In this document: positions 10,315-20,783 of the stretch, in pieces
Position numbering within the stretch: position 1 is the stretch's first letter
Layout of the letters: each line of letters opens with the position of its first letter
IMG/VR virus record: IMGVR_UViG_3300011718_000012
Coordinates: 8,502 to 72,501 of that record
Length of the DNA stretch: 64,000 nt
Reading direction: 5' to 3' (one strand)
DNA from: a virus
Program-made: the position numbers and the translations under genes
The notes under the pieces: generated by a model
Told to the model about the DNA's origin: nothing
What the model saw: only the letters and a program-made list of their open reading frames with translations
Databases searched by the model: none

Positions 10315-10884
10315 ATTTTTCGGTAGCGAATCATTCAGGCATGTGCACACCGATTTTTTCAGATGGAAATATGGTTTGCTTTACTAAGAGCACATATGCC
10401 GGGAGTGATGGGGCTGTTTCCGAAACATAGCGGTTCAAAGTGCGCCATGTTTTACACCCGCGCTGCCTCCAGGGCAAACGGTTTGGTTGTTGGCAAGGGA
10501 AGCTGCCTTTGCAAGCAGGTCCAATACAGACGCGATCGTTTCAGTGGTCGATTTGTATAGCTATAGTGAAACCGACATAAAATTTTGCTATACCTATTCG
10601 CTACCTATGTAAAAAACCACTCACTAGTTGGATGCGTATCGTTAACCCGGGACAAATCCTTGCCCAGGAAGAGCCGCAATTTATAGTATTGTGGGTTTCA
10701 ATTGGTAGCAAAGAGGCCCGTCTTGCTCAATGTCATCGAGTGTATAGCCATAATAGATGATAAATTAGGACGGTTCTGGAGTCGTCATAATTGTTTTCAC
10801 ATGTGGGTTATTGATACAGATTAAGCCATCCTCAATAGCACCCTAACTGCAGGAGTGCCGTAGAATGGAGCACGTGAAATTTTC

Positions 10885-11325
10885 ATGAAAAAAACGCCTA
10901 CATATGAAGAATATCTGAACCACACAGGACTCCATTATCATAAACTCTGGAAAGCAACGGGAGATACCTGGATCTGCCCAGGATGTGGACGCAGCAAATT
11001 TCAGATCATGAGATGGACCCTCCGGTTCCCGAATACGCCGGACGCCTTTATGGATTGGGTTGCTGCATTGCACAAACATCACGACCATTCTAATGATTAC
11101 ATGAACTTAGGAGAGCCTCGGTTTCCTGAAACACTAATTTGTGGTCAGTGTAATTCTGCGGATGGAACAGTAAAAAGGAGGCTTAAACTGCCGAAGAAAT
11201 TCTCTTTCTCTCCTCAGGAGATGCGGATGTTCATCGAGGCGACACCACACGCAAAACATATAATTAATTACGAACGAGCACTCGATCTCTTCACTCTAAA
11301 AATGAGCAACAATGATCGTGAATGA
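10885..11325 (+). CDS. Zinc-binding protein, possible HNH/EndoVII-like nuclease (146 aa)
   Basis: CPGC...HHDH...CGQCN motif order resembles zinc-ribbon beta-beta-alpha-Me nucleases. Confidence 0.5.
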   Translation: MKKTPTYEEYLNHTGLHYHKLWKATGDTWICPGCGRSKFQIMRWTLRFPNTPDAFMDWVAALHKHHDHSNDYMNLGEPRFPETLICGQCNSADGTVKRRLKLPKKFSFSPQEMRMFIEATPHAKHIINYERALDLFTLKMSNNDRE

Positions 11326-11371
11326 GTTTTAGCACATAAAATCAACAATATATTTTACGAGTTAAAATCAA

Positions 11372-12271
11372 ATGGTACATATGACAAACACTCTTTTTTT
11401 TGGTAATGGAATAAACAGACTTTCTGAAAATCACGTCACCTGGAGTAATTTACTCGATAACATAAAAGGTATCAATAAGTTCGAAAGCGGGCAGTTGCCA
11501 AACACTATGGTGTATGAGCGAATCTATCTAGAAAAACATGCACCAGATAGAAGCGAAAAAAAAGATGAGCTTGAAATAAAAAAAGTTATAGCTAACGAAC
11601 TACGAGAACAAGGATCAAATGATGTTCTTGAGGAGTTAGCATCGCTACCTTTCAAGCATTATCTTACTACTAATTATGATTACGCCTTAGAAAAGGCGCT
11701 TGATATCTCGCCAGTAAAGCTAAGTTCAGAAGATATTTATAGCTTGAGAAGAAAACGAATGTATGAATCACAGAATAATACAAAATTCCTGTGGAATATA
11801 CACGGTGAAATAGACAACCCCAAATCTATTATGCTTGGTTTAGATCATTATTGTGGTTCAGTGAGCAAAATCGATGCATATGTCAAAGGTAACTACTCTC
11901 ATAAAATTAATGGTGCTGACGTTTCTGTTAAACCTATGTTAGAAAAACTTAGAGATGCTTCATTTTGTCTCACATCATGGGTGGATCTATTTTTCTCAAG
12001 CAATGTACACATTATCGGATTTTCATTAGACTATAGCGAGACTGACATCTGGTGGGTGCTAAATAAGCGTGCTCGCTTTTTATCTGAAGCAACAATTAAT
12101 AACAAAATATATTTTTACACTCATGCTATCAGTGATGAGAAAAAAGGACTGCTTGAAGCATTCGGTGTTGAGGTTATTACAGTTGATGTGATTGATGATA
12201 ACTTTGAGGGTATGTATTGGTCTGCTATAAAGAAAATAACTACTTACCTCAATCGAGATACAAAAAACTGA
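11372..12271 (+). CDS. SIR2-like (SIR2_2) domain protein, putative NADase defence effector
   Basis: FFGNGIN, LTTNYD, NIHG and IIGFSL motifs. AT-rich. Confidence 0.75.
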   Translation: MVHMTNTLFFGNGINRLSENHVTWSNLLDNIKGINKFESGQLPNTMVYERIYLEKHAPDRSEKKDELEIKKVIANELREQGSNDVLEELASLPFKHYLTTNYDYALEKALDISPVKLSSEDIYSLRRKRMYESQNNTKFLWNIHGEIDNPKSIMLGLDHYCGSVSKIDAYVKGNYSHKINGADVSVKPMLEKLRDASFCLTSWVDLFFSSNVHIIGFSLDYSETDIWWVLNKRARFLSEATINNKIYFYTHAISDEKKGLLEAFGVEVITVDVIDDNFEGMYWSAIKKITTYLNRDTKN

Positions 12272-12341
12272 CTAAACGTATTGTAATGAAAGGATCTAAA
12301 TAAGGAAATATTCACGTATAGCATATATAACATAGAGCGCC

Positions 12342-12530
12342 TGACCTGTTCTCCGTTGATTGACAAACGGCGCTTTTAGCGACATCCATGGCGACCTAAT
12401 TATGAATGTCTTCTGGACGCTCATTACTGAACTGACGATGCGTATCTGCAAAGTTAGGTGTTGTTATCTCAAAACGTTCAGAGCCTACTGGTGCGACAGG
12501 CACCGGTTAGACAACACGGTATGGCGGATT
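12342..12530 (+). repeat. About 190-bp direct repeat, copy 2
   Basis: Matches 9369-9557 and is followed by the hairpin aagccgccctgaggcggctt (12531-12550). Confidence 0.85.
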
Positions 12531-12790
12531 AAGCCGCCCTGAGGCGGCTTGTCATTATTTGCGTGGCTTCCCGGCATCCGAGCGTTTCTCTCGAACTCTA
12601 CCATCATTGTTACGATCACGGGGCTGCGTACCACCGCCGGGTTTAGGAACAACTACGCCTGGATTAAGAGGCCTTCTGTCCGCCATATATCTGTTTCCTT
12701 AAAGAATGGCAAAGTTGCCGTCTCTTTTGATACGCCTGGTGTCGTTACCTTTCAATCATTATGGGATGATATGTTGCGCAGCATCAACTT

Positions 12791-12895
12791 TTCCCTCACT
12801 CCACTCATAGCGAACATTCCACACATGTCCATCCGCTATGTGCCAGAAGCTGATGTTCTAACTCTATACTGTGTCAATCTAAGGGGAGAAGGTCA
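12791..12895 (+). repeat. Degenerate cassette-junction site plus IS407-like right end
   Basis: box1-like ttccctcactccactcatagcgaac, box2-like atccgctatgtgccagaagctgat, then ggggagaaggtca ending at 12895. Confidence 0.6.
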
Positions 12896-13069
12896 ATATT
12901 ATTAATAAAGGCAAAACTATCTAAGTTATGTCTGGGGATTTATATTTTTTACGAATCAATTTGAATGATTATTGCTTTCGTATCCCACTCTTTGTATAGT
13001 CACATTGAGTGAAATGGACGATTTATAATTTGATATTATTAACCACTTTTTTGAAAGGAGTAACGCACT

Positions 13070-13933
13070 GTGGAAAAAAATAGTAAAGGTCTAAGGGTTC
13101 GTAATTTTTTTGATATAGAAGCTAAAGAAATCATGGAAAGATATCGTGTGATAGAAACTTTATTGCCTAATACAAATTCCAAAGGTGCTTATCACCGAGG
13201 TGAGGAAGGGCGTTATATTGAATCCTTGTTAAGATCGTTTCTTAATAGCCATCTTCCCTCTAATCTAAAAGCCATGTCTGGATTTATTCTTAGTCCCTCA
13301 ACTAAAACAGGAATAGAGGATATTACTCGTGTTGAAAACTTTCCAGATCGTCATTCAAGGCAATTAGATATTATAGTGTATGATGTTGCCAATTATCCAA
13401 TCTATGAAAAATTTGAAGAATTCTGTATTGTCCCACCTGAAGGTGTTGTGAGTATAATATCCGTAAAAAAGAAATTAAAGACAAATGACATTCATCATGA
13501 GGTTAAAGCATTAAGAGATGCTGCCAACTTATGCTCTGGAAATAAAAAGAGAACGCCTCACACAGCTATTTTTTCTTTTGATAGTGACATCAAAACATTG
13601 AAAGGTCTCAATGCGAAAATATTCTCAAGCATTTCAAAGGAGAATGGAGGGTCTTTTTCCACTCTTATTAACGAAGTTATAGTTGCAAATAAGACTTGTA
13701 TATTTAAACTTAGAAAGGACAACACGACTGTAGAAGGTCATGCTCAATATGTGGGTGTGGATTGTACAAAAAGACCTCATATCACGTTGCAGAGAATACT
13801 TCAGAGCATATTATCGGTTCACTATGATACCTCAAGAGGTAGTACAATTAATAGACCAGGATTTGTATCTTTCGAACAAAATACATTTGCCGATTCTCCC
13901 AAAATTGGTACAACTCCATATGATTATGACTAG
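13070..13933 (+). CDS. DUF6602-like PD-(D/E)XK-type nuclease
   Basis: GEEGRYIE..LR.FL...LP, SGFI, SRQLDIIVYD and ISVKK motifs. AGGAG RBS before a GTG start. Confidence 0.65.
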   Translation: MEKNSKGLRVRNFFDIEAKEIMERYRVIETLLPNTNSKGAYHRGEEGRYIESLLRSFLNSHLPSNLKAMSGFILSPSTKTGIEDITRVENFPDRHSRQLDIIVYDVANYPIYEKFEEFCIVPPEGVVSIISVKKKLKTNDIHHEVKALRDAANLCSGNKKRTPHTAIFSFDSDIKTLKGLNAKIFSSISKENGGSFSTLINEVIVANKTCIFKLRKDNTTVEGHAQYVGVDCTKRPHITLQRILQSILSVHYDTSRGSTINRPGFVSFEQNTFADSPKIGTTPYDYD

Positions 13934-14105
13934 GTAAAAGTACTTATATTTCCAAACACCAATTATTTAAGTTGTCTTTTTGCAATATATTTTAATTTAG
14001 CACGAAGACATAATTAAAATCATCATACCTGACTAGTCTTGGCTTGTATTGAGGTGGCCAGCTCTCTATGTCTCAAGGCATCTTGTTATAAGTATGCATT
14101 GCTAA

Positions 14106-14213
14106 CCCCGCGGCTCGCTCACAGCGGACCTTTTGCTCAGTCAGTTAGTCCGCTCCGTACCAGGAGCGGACGTGGAGAACAACAGTCTTAGTTGAGCAAC
14201 GGGGAGCTGGTTA
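14106..14213 (+). repeat. Cassette-junction site box1-18 nt-box2 plus IS407-like right end
   Basis: box1 14106-14129, box2 gtccgctccgtaccaggagcggac 14148-14171, then caacggggagctggtta. Confidence 0.8.
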
Positions 14214-14226
14214 GCATATCTACTCA

Positions 14227-14607
14227 TCACTTTCGCAGACCAACCCTTATAAGATCATGAGGGAATAAAGGCTTAATCATTATCTTATCGTTAAAAATAA
14301 ATAGTTTAGGTGACAGGGCGATGACATCGTAGATATTATCGACAATGAGTTGTAGATGGGTTCTGAACACGGGGACATTCGCATCATCCGCTACGACAAA
14401 TACAGTTTCATTGCCTAAGTCGCTCAAGTTAAACATCTCATGACTAAGTTCATAATCGCTAAAGTCCATTTCCGCCCATTTGAGATCACCGCTATGCCAT
14501 GGATATTGATGAAAAATATCCATTACCGCACTCAAATCATCCCCTTCCATAACATTAAAATCTGTCTTGAGCAGCTCCTTACATTCCTCAAACAATGTCA
14601 TGTCCAC
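14227..14607 (-). CDS. cdiI: Orphan CDI toxin immunity protein
   Basis: MTLFEECKE.L..DF start and VPVFRT.L.L...NIYDV.ALSPKLF motif, recalled from a CdiI family. No full cdiA nearby. Confidence 0.6.
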   Translation of the reverse strand: MDMTLFEECKELLKTDFNVMEGDDLSAVMDIFHQYPWHSGDLKWAEMDFSDYELSHEMFNLSDLGNETVFVVADDANVPVFRTHLQLIVDNIYDVIALSPKLFIFNDKIMIKPLFPHDLIRVGLRK

Positions 14608-14678
14608 TCCCTTTAGGCTTTATAGCTGTATATTTTTATCATATCCTCCCTGGAGGATTTTTTAAAGGAATTAGGAAC

Positions 14679-14744
14679 GTCCGCTGATCGCCCACAGCGG
14701 ACCTTTAGCTCAGTTAGCCTATCTGCTTTATGCCAGGATCCGCA
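14679..14744 (+). repeat. Cassette-junction site box1-18 nt-box2
   Basis: gtccgctgatcgcccacagcggac 14679-14702, 18-nt spacer, atctgctttatgccaggatccgca. Confidence 0.75.
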
Positions 14745-14827
14745 CGGTCGCAAAATCGGGAAATGCCTTGTGGAAGTGGACATCCCTGAAACACTAGCGG
14801 ATATCATCCAGTTATCCTGTTTGATAT

Positions 14828-15553
14828 TTATGGGCGCATGAGCGGCTCAATACCAATCCACTTCAGCGTTGGCTGATAACAAAGTCTCATCGGGGGTACT
14901 GCCACTTTCACCCCATTAACGTCAAGATCGCCTAAATGTACAGACCATTTCGTATTCGCGTTGCCGTCATAAATTTTAAAGACCACGTACGCTGAACCGT
15001 AGTCATCGTTATTCGTAATTCGGGGGACGTTGCGATGTATCTCATCACTATTGAGGTCGTAAGGCGATGGCCTTGCATATTCCTTTCTGTCTTCCGGGAA
15101 ATCATAAGGGAAGGATGTGGTTCCGAGATAAATTTCTGGCCTCGCGCTAACCTGGTTACCATCGCCCAAGTCGATATAGGCATTACGAGTGTCGATAAAA
15201 ATCGGTACTGCTGGCAGCCCGGTAGTTCCCGGTCGAGAAGGGCGCTGACGTCCTTTGTTATAGGCAATCAACTGGATATAAAATTCCGGCCTCGCCTCAG
15301 GCCCCTGGACATGCGGAATAGTGAAGCTGCTTCGTTTTGCAGGGATATAGTTACCAGGCATACCGTGATCATAGAGATAGGTTTCCAGCACAATTTCTTG
15401 CTTTCCGTTTGGGCTATTGACAGTGAATGTATACTCGCTTTCACAAAGGTCGATATACCCGGGCCTTTCCCGTGGATACGGAATACATCCTCCCAACAGC
15501 ACGGCACCAAACATGACAATCCCGCCCCAGCCAAGATGCCTCGATACTGGCAT
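14828..15553 (-). CDS. Lipoprotein of unknown function
   Basis: Signal peptide with lipobox LLGGC. Confidence 0.65.
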   Translation of the reverse strand: MPVSRHLGWGGIVMFGAVLLGGCIPYPRERPGYIDLCESEYTFTVNSPNGKQEIVLETYLYDHGMPGNYIPAKRSSFTIPHVQGPEARPEFYIQLIAYNKGRQRPSRPGTTGLPAVPIFIDTRNAYIDLGDGNQVSARPEIYLGTTSFPYDFPEDRKEYARPSPYDLNSDEIHRNVPRITNNDDYGSAYVVFKIYDGNANTKWSVHLGDLDVNGVKVAVPPMRLCYQPTLKWIGIEPLMRP

Positions 15554-15662
15554 AGCAAAAACCCTATATTTAAAATCCCGAAGGCTAGCTTAGATTAGTA
15601 TCGCTTAAATCTTCAACCTACCAACATTGATTTTGAAGGAGTCGTGAGGCTGAAGTGGCAGC

Positions 15663-15728
15663 GGCAGAAGTGTGCCAGGAGCAGACGTTGCTAACATGTA
15701 TCTGCATCAATTTATGGGGAGCAGGTCA
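15663..15728 (+). repeat. box2 half-site plus IS407-like right end
   Basis: gtgtgccaggagcagac-gttgctaac...ggggagcaggtca. Confidence 0.7.
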
Positions 15729-16232
15729 ATGTCGTTAAGGATTACTTTGCAGGAAGTACTGTATGCCCTGCAAGGTGAATCAGATTTCTGGTTTTACCCA
15801 CTCGTCTTGTGATTTAAATCGTGTCCAAGACAAGCTGGTTCGACAATGCTAGAGTTCGGTCTCGTCTTCGAACCTATCTTGATTACATAAAACAGCGCTC
15901 AGAAAAGCAAGGTGGGTATGCCGAATCTGCTTCAGAAGGAGGTCCAATGGTCCTTAGCGTGGTATGAGCTTGGTATCATTGGAAAAGAGACGTTCACTCT
16001 GCCAATCATTGCGTGAGGTGGTATACATGATAGTCAAGACATTTGAAGATATTTGCTGTAATTACTGAGATCTCACTCTGAAGTCAAAAATTCTGAAAGC
16101 TAAAAAGTTGAGCATCACAGCGATAAGGCGTTTATGTGATGATAAACTCATTCGAGTAAAAAAACTTTGATTAATGCGCACGCTTAATGGATATAATTGA
16201 TCCTCTTTCCCTTAGAATAATTATCAGGAATA

Positions 16233-16604
16233 ATGATGAAAAAATCTTGCGTTTTATTTTTTAGTTTGGCTTCCCTCCTCATCATCTCAGGATGCTCATC
16301 AAAAAATGGCAATGAACAACAAAAGGTATTGCTAAAATCGTCTGCGTCTGAATGCGCTTCGTCGATTATATCAGTACCTTTGAAAGCAGGAAATAACGGG
16401 AATGCAAGCGGCCAGTTTAATACAAAGATTACTAATGGTTCACCTAAGGTGAGTATGATCATTAATGGTAATGTAACTGAATTGAATGGTCTCGATGGAA
16501 CAGAAATTACTTTTGCCACTTCAGTAAAAGCTGACCAAGGGGTTCCTAAATCAGCTTGGGTTTCCTGCATGCGGGATAAAGGATTTGTTATTAGCGATCT
16601 TTAA
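16233..16604 (+). CDS. Small lipoprotein of unknown function
   Basis: MKK start, hydrophobic core, lipobox IISGC. Confidence 0.65.
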   Translation: MMKKSCVLFFSLASLLIISGCSSKNGNEQQKVLLKSSASECASSIISVPLKAGNNGNASGQFNTKITNGSPKVSMIINGNVTELNGLDGTEITFATSVKADQGVPKSAWVSCMRDKGFVISDL

Positions 16605-16799
16605 GCAACACAAGCCTGCTACCCATTAGTTTTAGACTTTTTTTGTACTGAGAAGTGTCATAATCACAGACAATCTGACGAAAGCAGCTATTTGAGAAAA
16701 GTTATGAGGCGGCATCTAAATACGGTGCCCCTATCTATTCCTTTAGCGTCTTACGCGTAAAAACAAAAACCCCGCTGTGATAGCGAGGTTTGTGGAAGA

Positions 16800-17453
16800 C
16801 TATTTTTTGCTAATGACGGCCATGAAGGGTGTCTCACGGACACTTCTGCGTGTTTTTTTGAACCGTAATCTATTGCCTGTAACAACCCTAACTGTACTTC
16901 GTGACCCAGACGTTACTTCATCGTCAAGCGTGAGAGTACGCTGGACACCCGTCTGCGGGTCACTGTATTTAATTGCAATGACCATTGTTCGCTCATCAAC
17001 GCCAACATCAAGTAAGCGCCTCATGTTCGATGAGGCAGATTCGATAGCATCCTGAATCTTACTCGTGGCTTTTGATGCATGAGAAAGCCACAATGGTGCA
17101 ATCCTGGTCGGGTGTATATTCAGACCTTTAGGTTGAACGAGGTGGTCATTATGATCAGGTAAACCATAATATCCACTTCTGATACCTTCGAGTTGCCTCA
17201 AGATCTCTTCACCATGTTCAATCAGAGGGGGCGTAATTTCAGGAAATTCAGCAGTGCAAAGCGCTCCAACTTTTACGTTCTTTTCAATGCTCCTGTCTGC
17301 AACACACATTACCCGAGCCATATCATCCATGGAAAGCTCAGCGGCTCTCAGGTTGATAGCTTGAACCTGCTCGCTAACGTCTGGTCCGAATGCATCGAAC
17401 AACGAAATTTCAGCGGCTGGTTTTTTGGCTTCAGTTTTAACAGACATATGCAC
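16800..17453 (-). CDS. Hypothetical protein, operon partner of the zeta-like gene
   Basis: 217-aa ORF 19 bp downstream of the zeta-like gene, GAGG RBS, terminator-like hairpin at about 16766-16791. Confidence 0.6.
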   Translation of the reverse strand: MHMSVKTEAKKPAAEISLFDAFGPDVSEQVQAINLRAAELSMDDMARVMCVADRSIEKNVKVGALCTAEFPEITPPLIEHGEEILRQLEGIRSGYYGLPDHNDHLVQPKGLNIHPTRIAPLWLSHASKATSKIQDAIESASSNMRRLLDVGVDERTMVIAIKYSDPQTGVQRTLTLDDEVTSGSRSTVRVVTGNRLRFKKTRRSVRETPFMAVISKK

Positions 17454-17472
17454 TCCTCAAATCGGACATTTA

Positions 17473-18171
17473 TTATACACCTATGTGAGCAAGATCGCTA
17501 ACGTCTGAATATGGGCAATGATGGGAGGTCGTCCAGGTTGCTAATGTAACGTTGGAAGTATAGTCAACCAGGAACTGTCCCACATTTTCATGGTCTTCCC
17601 GCCGATGATAAACATTCAGCGTAAACTGACCTGCATACTTCGTGAGCATATGTTCAATGGTTTCTCTGCTCTTGAAAAAATTCTTCTTAAGGACTTCCAG
17701 CGGTACCTTACGTGAACGTGCCTGAGCATAAACCCATGCATGCGTAGGGTCGAAATAGACATAATTCAGCATCACCTGATAACCCGCTCTAAGGGCGCGA
17801 TCAAAGTTTTGCTCGGCAATTCCTATACTGGAAAACGTGGAGTCCATAACGATTGGATATCCTTCAGATAGAGCCTTTTTATAAATAAAATCAACCATCT
17901 TTGACGCTGGTTTCTGGTATTCAACAGAATTCTCTTCATTGTAGTAGGGAAACCACCAACGAAAATCATCGGCATCAATTCGTACAATATTGGTAAGACC
18001 ATGTTGTTCGATAAGACGATTCAAGAGTTCGGTTTTACCTGCAGCAGGCGACCCGGCCATGAACAAAACTTGCTTCGCGGTTGCGTGTTTATTGGCTGTA
18101 ACGTAACTATAAACGTGTGGGCGAATTGCTTCACCAAATTCAGGCAAAATGGTTTCAAGCTCTGGTTTCAT
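17473..18171 (-). CDS. Zeta-toxin-family P-loop kinase
   Basis: MAGSPAAGKT, RIDADDFR, IVMDSTFS motifs. Confidence 0.75.
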   Translation of the reverse strand: MKPELETILPEFGEAIRPHVYSYVTANKHATAKQVLFMAGSPAAGKTELLNRLIEQHGLTNIVRIDADDFRWWFPYYNEENSVEYQKPASKMVDFIYKKALSEGYPIVMDSTFSSIGIAEQNFDRALRAGYQVMLNYVYFDPTHAWVYAQARSRKVPLEVLKKNFFKSRETIEHMLTKYAGQFTLNVYHRREDHENVGQFLVDYTSNVTLATWTTSHHCPYSDVSDLAHIGV

Positions 18172-18399
18172 AGGTAATCCATGCCACGAGTATTGTAGTT
18201 TTGTTTGACAGTAACATAACTCATTTTTCCGCCTAGATTACACCTCCTTCGGGAAAATTCATGAAATTTGCGACGTTACGGAGAACAATCCTGATGTAGT
18301 CCCTGTGTGAACTGAATCGCCAGGGATTTAAATGAGCTTTCAGCGTCACTTTAAATAGTTTTCAGAGACGTGCAGGAAAATTACCTTTTTGATGTCCAT

Positions 18400-18815
18400 C
18401 AGTATTGCCTTCCCAGGGGGAGTACGGAGCGCTCTGGAAGGTGCATCTGAGGTCAGCTTTTACCCACCATGACTGACGGTTGAGCTGGTGCCCCGAATAC
18501 GCTGGTTCGATAACATCAGAAGTGTGGTCTCCTCAGCGGACAAGGAACGGTTATGCAATCAAACGATCAGGTTTCTTATGGTCTCAGTCACGAAGGGTAC
18601 TACGTCCTTAATAGCAGCCTCTTTGTAGCGTTATCCGGCGAGTCCATGTTGGTCATTACCGTTGTTGAGATTGTAAATCAGCCGAAAAGGGTCACTGTAA
18701 CCATAACCTTGCCTGGGTATGCGTCGAGTAAATAAAACCCATTCGCTTCTTCAGGGGAAAGGTGTTGCTCCCGGACCCTATTCAACTCATCAATCTGCGT
18801 CAGCCTGAATGTCAT
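18400..18815 (-). pseudogene. Decayed ShosT-like toxin gene
   Basis: ATGA overlap with the DprA stop. Reads MTFRLTQIDEL, then after a frameshift QGYGYSDPFRLIYNLNN..G*RYKEAAIK, with several stops. The 3' limit is approximate. Confidence 0.55.
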
Positions 18816-19705
18816 CCCAGGTTTTTCCTGATGTCTTCGTAATCCTTCACTCGTATAGCACCTAATGCCTCAAATTTTGCAGGCCACGTAATAGACGGGT
18901 TCTGGAAACAGGATTCGGGGATGAACAGCTTACGGCCCTGAGCGAGAGCTGCACGAGCCTGAGTCAGCGTACCTGACGTTTCGGAGGCTTCGATTATGAT
19001 CGTCGCTTCAGTCAGCGCGGACATGGTGATATTCCGTTCCGGGAAGAAAATTCGGTTGCTACGGTAATCCTGGTCCAGATAGCGCTGGAATGGCACCTGA
19101 CTGATGAGCAGGAAATTATCACGAATAGTGCGCTGAAGCTCGCTGTTCTGCTTCGGGTAATTGTGGGAGAGCGGTGTACCGATCACAGCAATAGTCTTGC
19201 CACCAAGCGCCAGTGCGGTCTGGTGAGCGTTAGTGTCCACGCCTTCGGCAAGCCCTGAGACAATAGTAAAGCCATCTTCCACTAAGCATTTTACCAGTCG
19301 ACGGGTACGACGAGCGCCGTCTTCCGATACTTTTCTTGAGCCGACAACTGCGACTGAGCGGGTGTTAACCAGATCCCACCATCCCTGATAATAGAGGACT
19401 TCGAGCGGGTGACGGGCATCTCTCAGCTTCTCGGGATACTCACCGGCACCATGAACCCGGACACCGATATTTTCGACAGCGTAGCGGGACATGATTTCTT
19501 TCAGTCTGGTTTTGAAGGTTGCAATCGTTTTGCCGGAGACTAAATCAGAAGGCACTGCACCTTCCGGAGCCTGGCGAAACTTATCGGCAATGGTCTTGAA
19601 CGTCGCCCCTTTTTCGGCCCACAGCGCTTCGTACGCCGCCATTTCTTCAAAAGGAGAAATCGCACGTTCAAAAGGGTTCTGGTTACCAAAATCAAGCTGT
19701 GACAC
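18812..19705 (-). CDS. DprA/SMF-like protein (ShosA-type antitoxin)
   Basis: VAVVGSR, IVSGLAEGVDT.AH, FPERN..MS.L, IIEASETSGTL.QAR motifs. Short form without a C-terminal domain. Confidence 0.8.
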   Translation of the reverse strand: MSQLDFGNQNPFERAISPFEEMAAYEALWAEKGATFKTIADKFRQAPEGAVPSDLVSGKTIATFKTRLKEIMSRYAVENIGVRVHGAGEYPEKLRDARHPLEVLYYQGWWDLVNTRSVAVVGSRKVSEDGARRTRRLVKCLVEDGFTIVSGLAEGVDTNAHQTALALGGKTIAVIGTPLSHNYPKQNSELQRTIRDNFLLISQVPFQRYLDQDYRSNRIFFPERNITMSALTEATIIIEASETSGTLTQARAALAQGRKLFIPESCFQNPSITWPAKFEALGAIRVKDYEDIRKNLG

Positions 19706-19802
19706 AGGTTTTCAGGTGAACAGTAATAGAACCTTTAGTTTACCCGCTTTATCCTGGCTGTAAACCATCAGCGGGTTTGAGAGAGGCCTGAGAAAATCAG
19801 AA

Positions 19803-20441
19803 GTGCGTTCTCTTTATCGAACAAAGTACGGTTATATAAACAAACGGCCAGAGCAGCAGGGTGGAAATGACAGATCTGCGGCGGAAAGGGGCCCCCGATG
19901 GCCTGTGGAGTGCCATGAAATATGGCATTACGATGATGACAGTCAGTGTCAGACCCTCACAGGGCTCATCGCGTTATGCCCTTCATGCCATGAAGTCAAA
20001 CACATGGGGTTCAGCGAGCTACGGGGTAAAAAGGACGAAGCGGTGGCTCATCTGGCGCTCGCCAACGGCTGGTCTCTTCAGGGCGCATTTGACTATGTGG
20101 ATGAGGCCTTTGACGTGTGGCGGGAACGCTCTCGTCATGCCTGGCAACTGGATATCTCATGGCTCGGGACGCAGGGGATTCAACTCCAGGATGAGACAGA
20201 AGCAGAGGGCGACAACATCGCTGCTGAGGATCAACTTTCGCTGGAGCAGGAAGTTCAGCCTGTCGCGACCAAAAGTACTGAAGTGTCCGCCTTCGGGGAG
20301 CAAGGAAGCATTTCTGGCTATGTGAGGCCAATCCTGAAGGACAAACCTGTATCCCGTTCATCGTCCGTATGGCCTGCTTTCTGGTCAGTCTGCCTGAGGG
20401 TGTTCTACAAAGTGAAACCGGTGATTCGGGAGCAATGGTGA
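19803..20441 (+). pseudogene. HNH-type zinc nuclease remnant
   Basis: WPVECHEIW.YDD...LCPSCHEVKH. The upstream ICGG motif is in another frame next to a TGA. Confidence 0.55.
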
Positions 20442-20783
20442 TTAAGCGAGAGGCAAATAAGAGACAGTCACTAACAGAATCTGACAGTGTGATATTTTGA
20501 AGATGAAGCACCGGCTAAGAACGTGGTCGTGAATGATCCTTTTTCGCACAGTCTATTCAATTCCGGACGGTAAAGCTTTTACCATTATGAAGACGCGATC
20601 TGAAGTACGATATGGCTTAGAAAAAAGAACGCGCAGAGGCGTATCGAGCGGCTAACAGCAGGCCATCAACTTCTTGCAATCACACATTATGATCTCGGGT
20701 ATATGCGGCCTGACACTATGATGATTCAGATACAGACCACCAGCCAGAAAAGGTCTTACCAGTATAAAAATAAAGGAGTCAGC

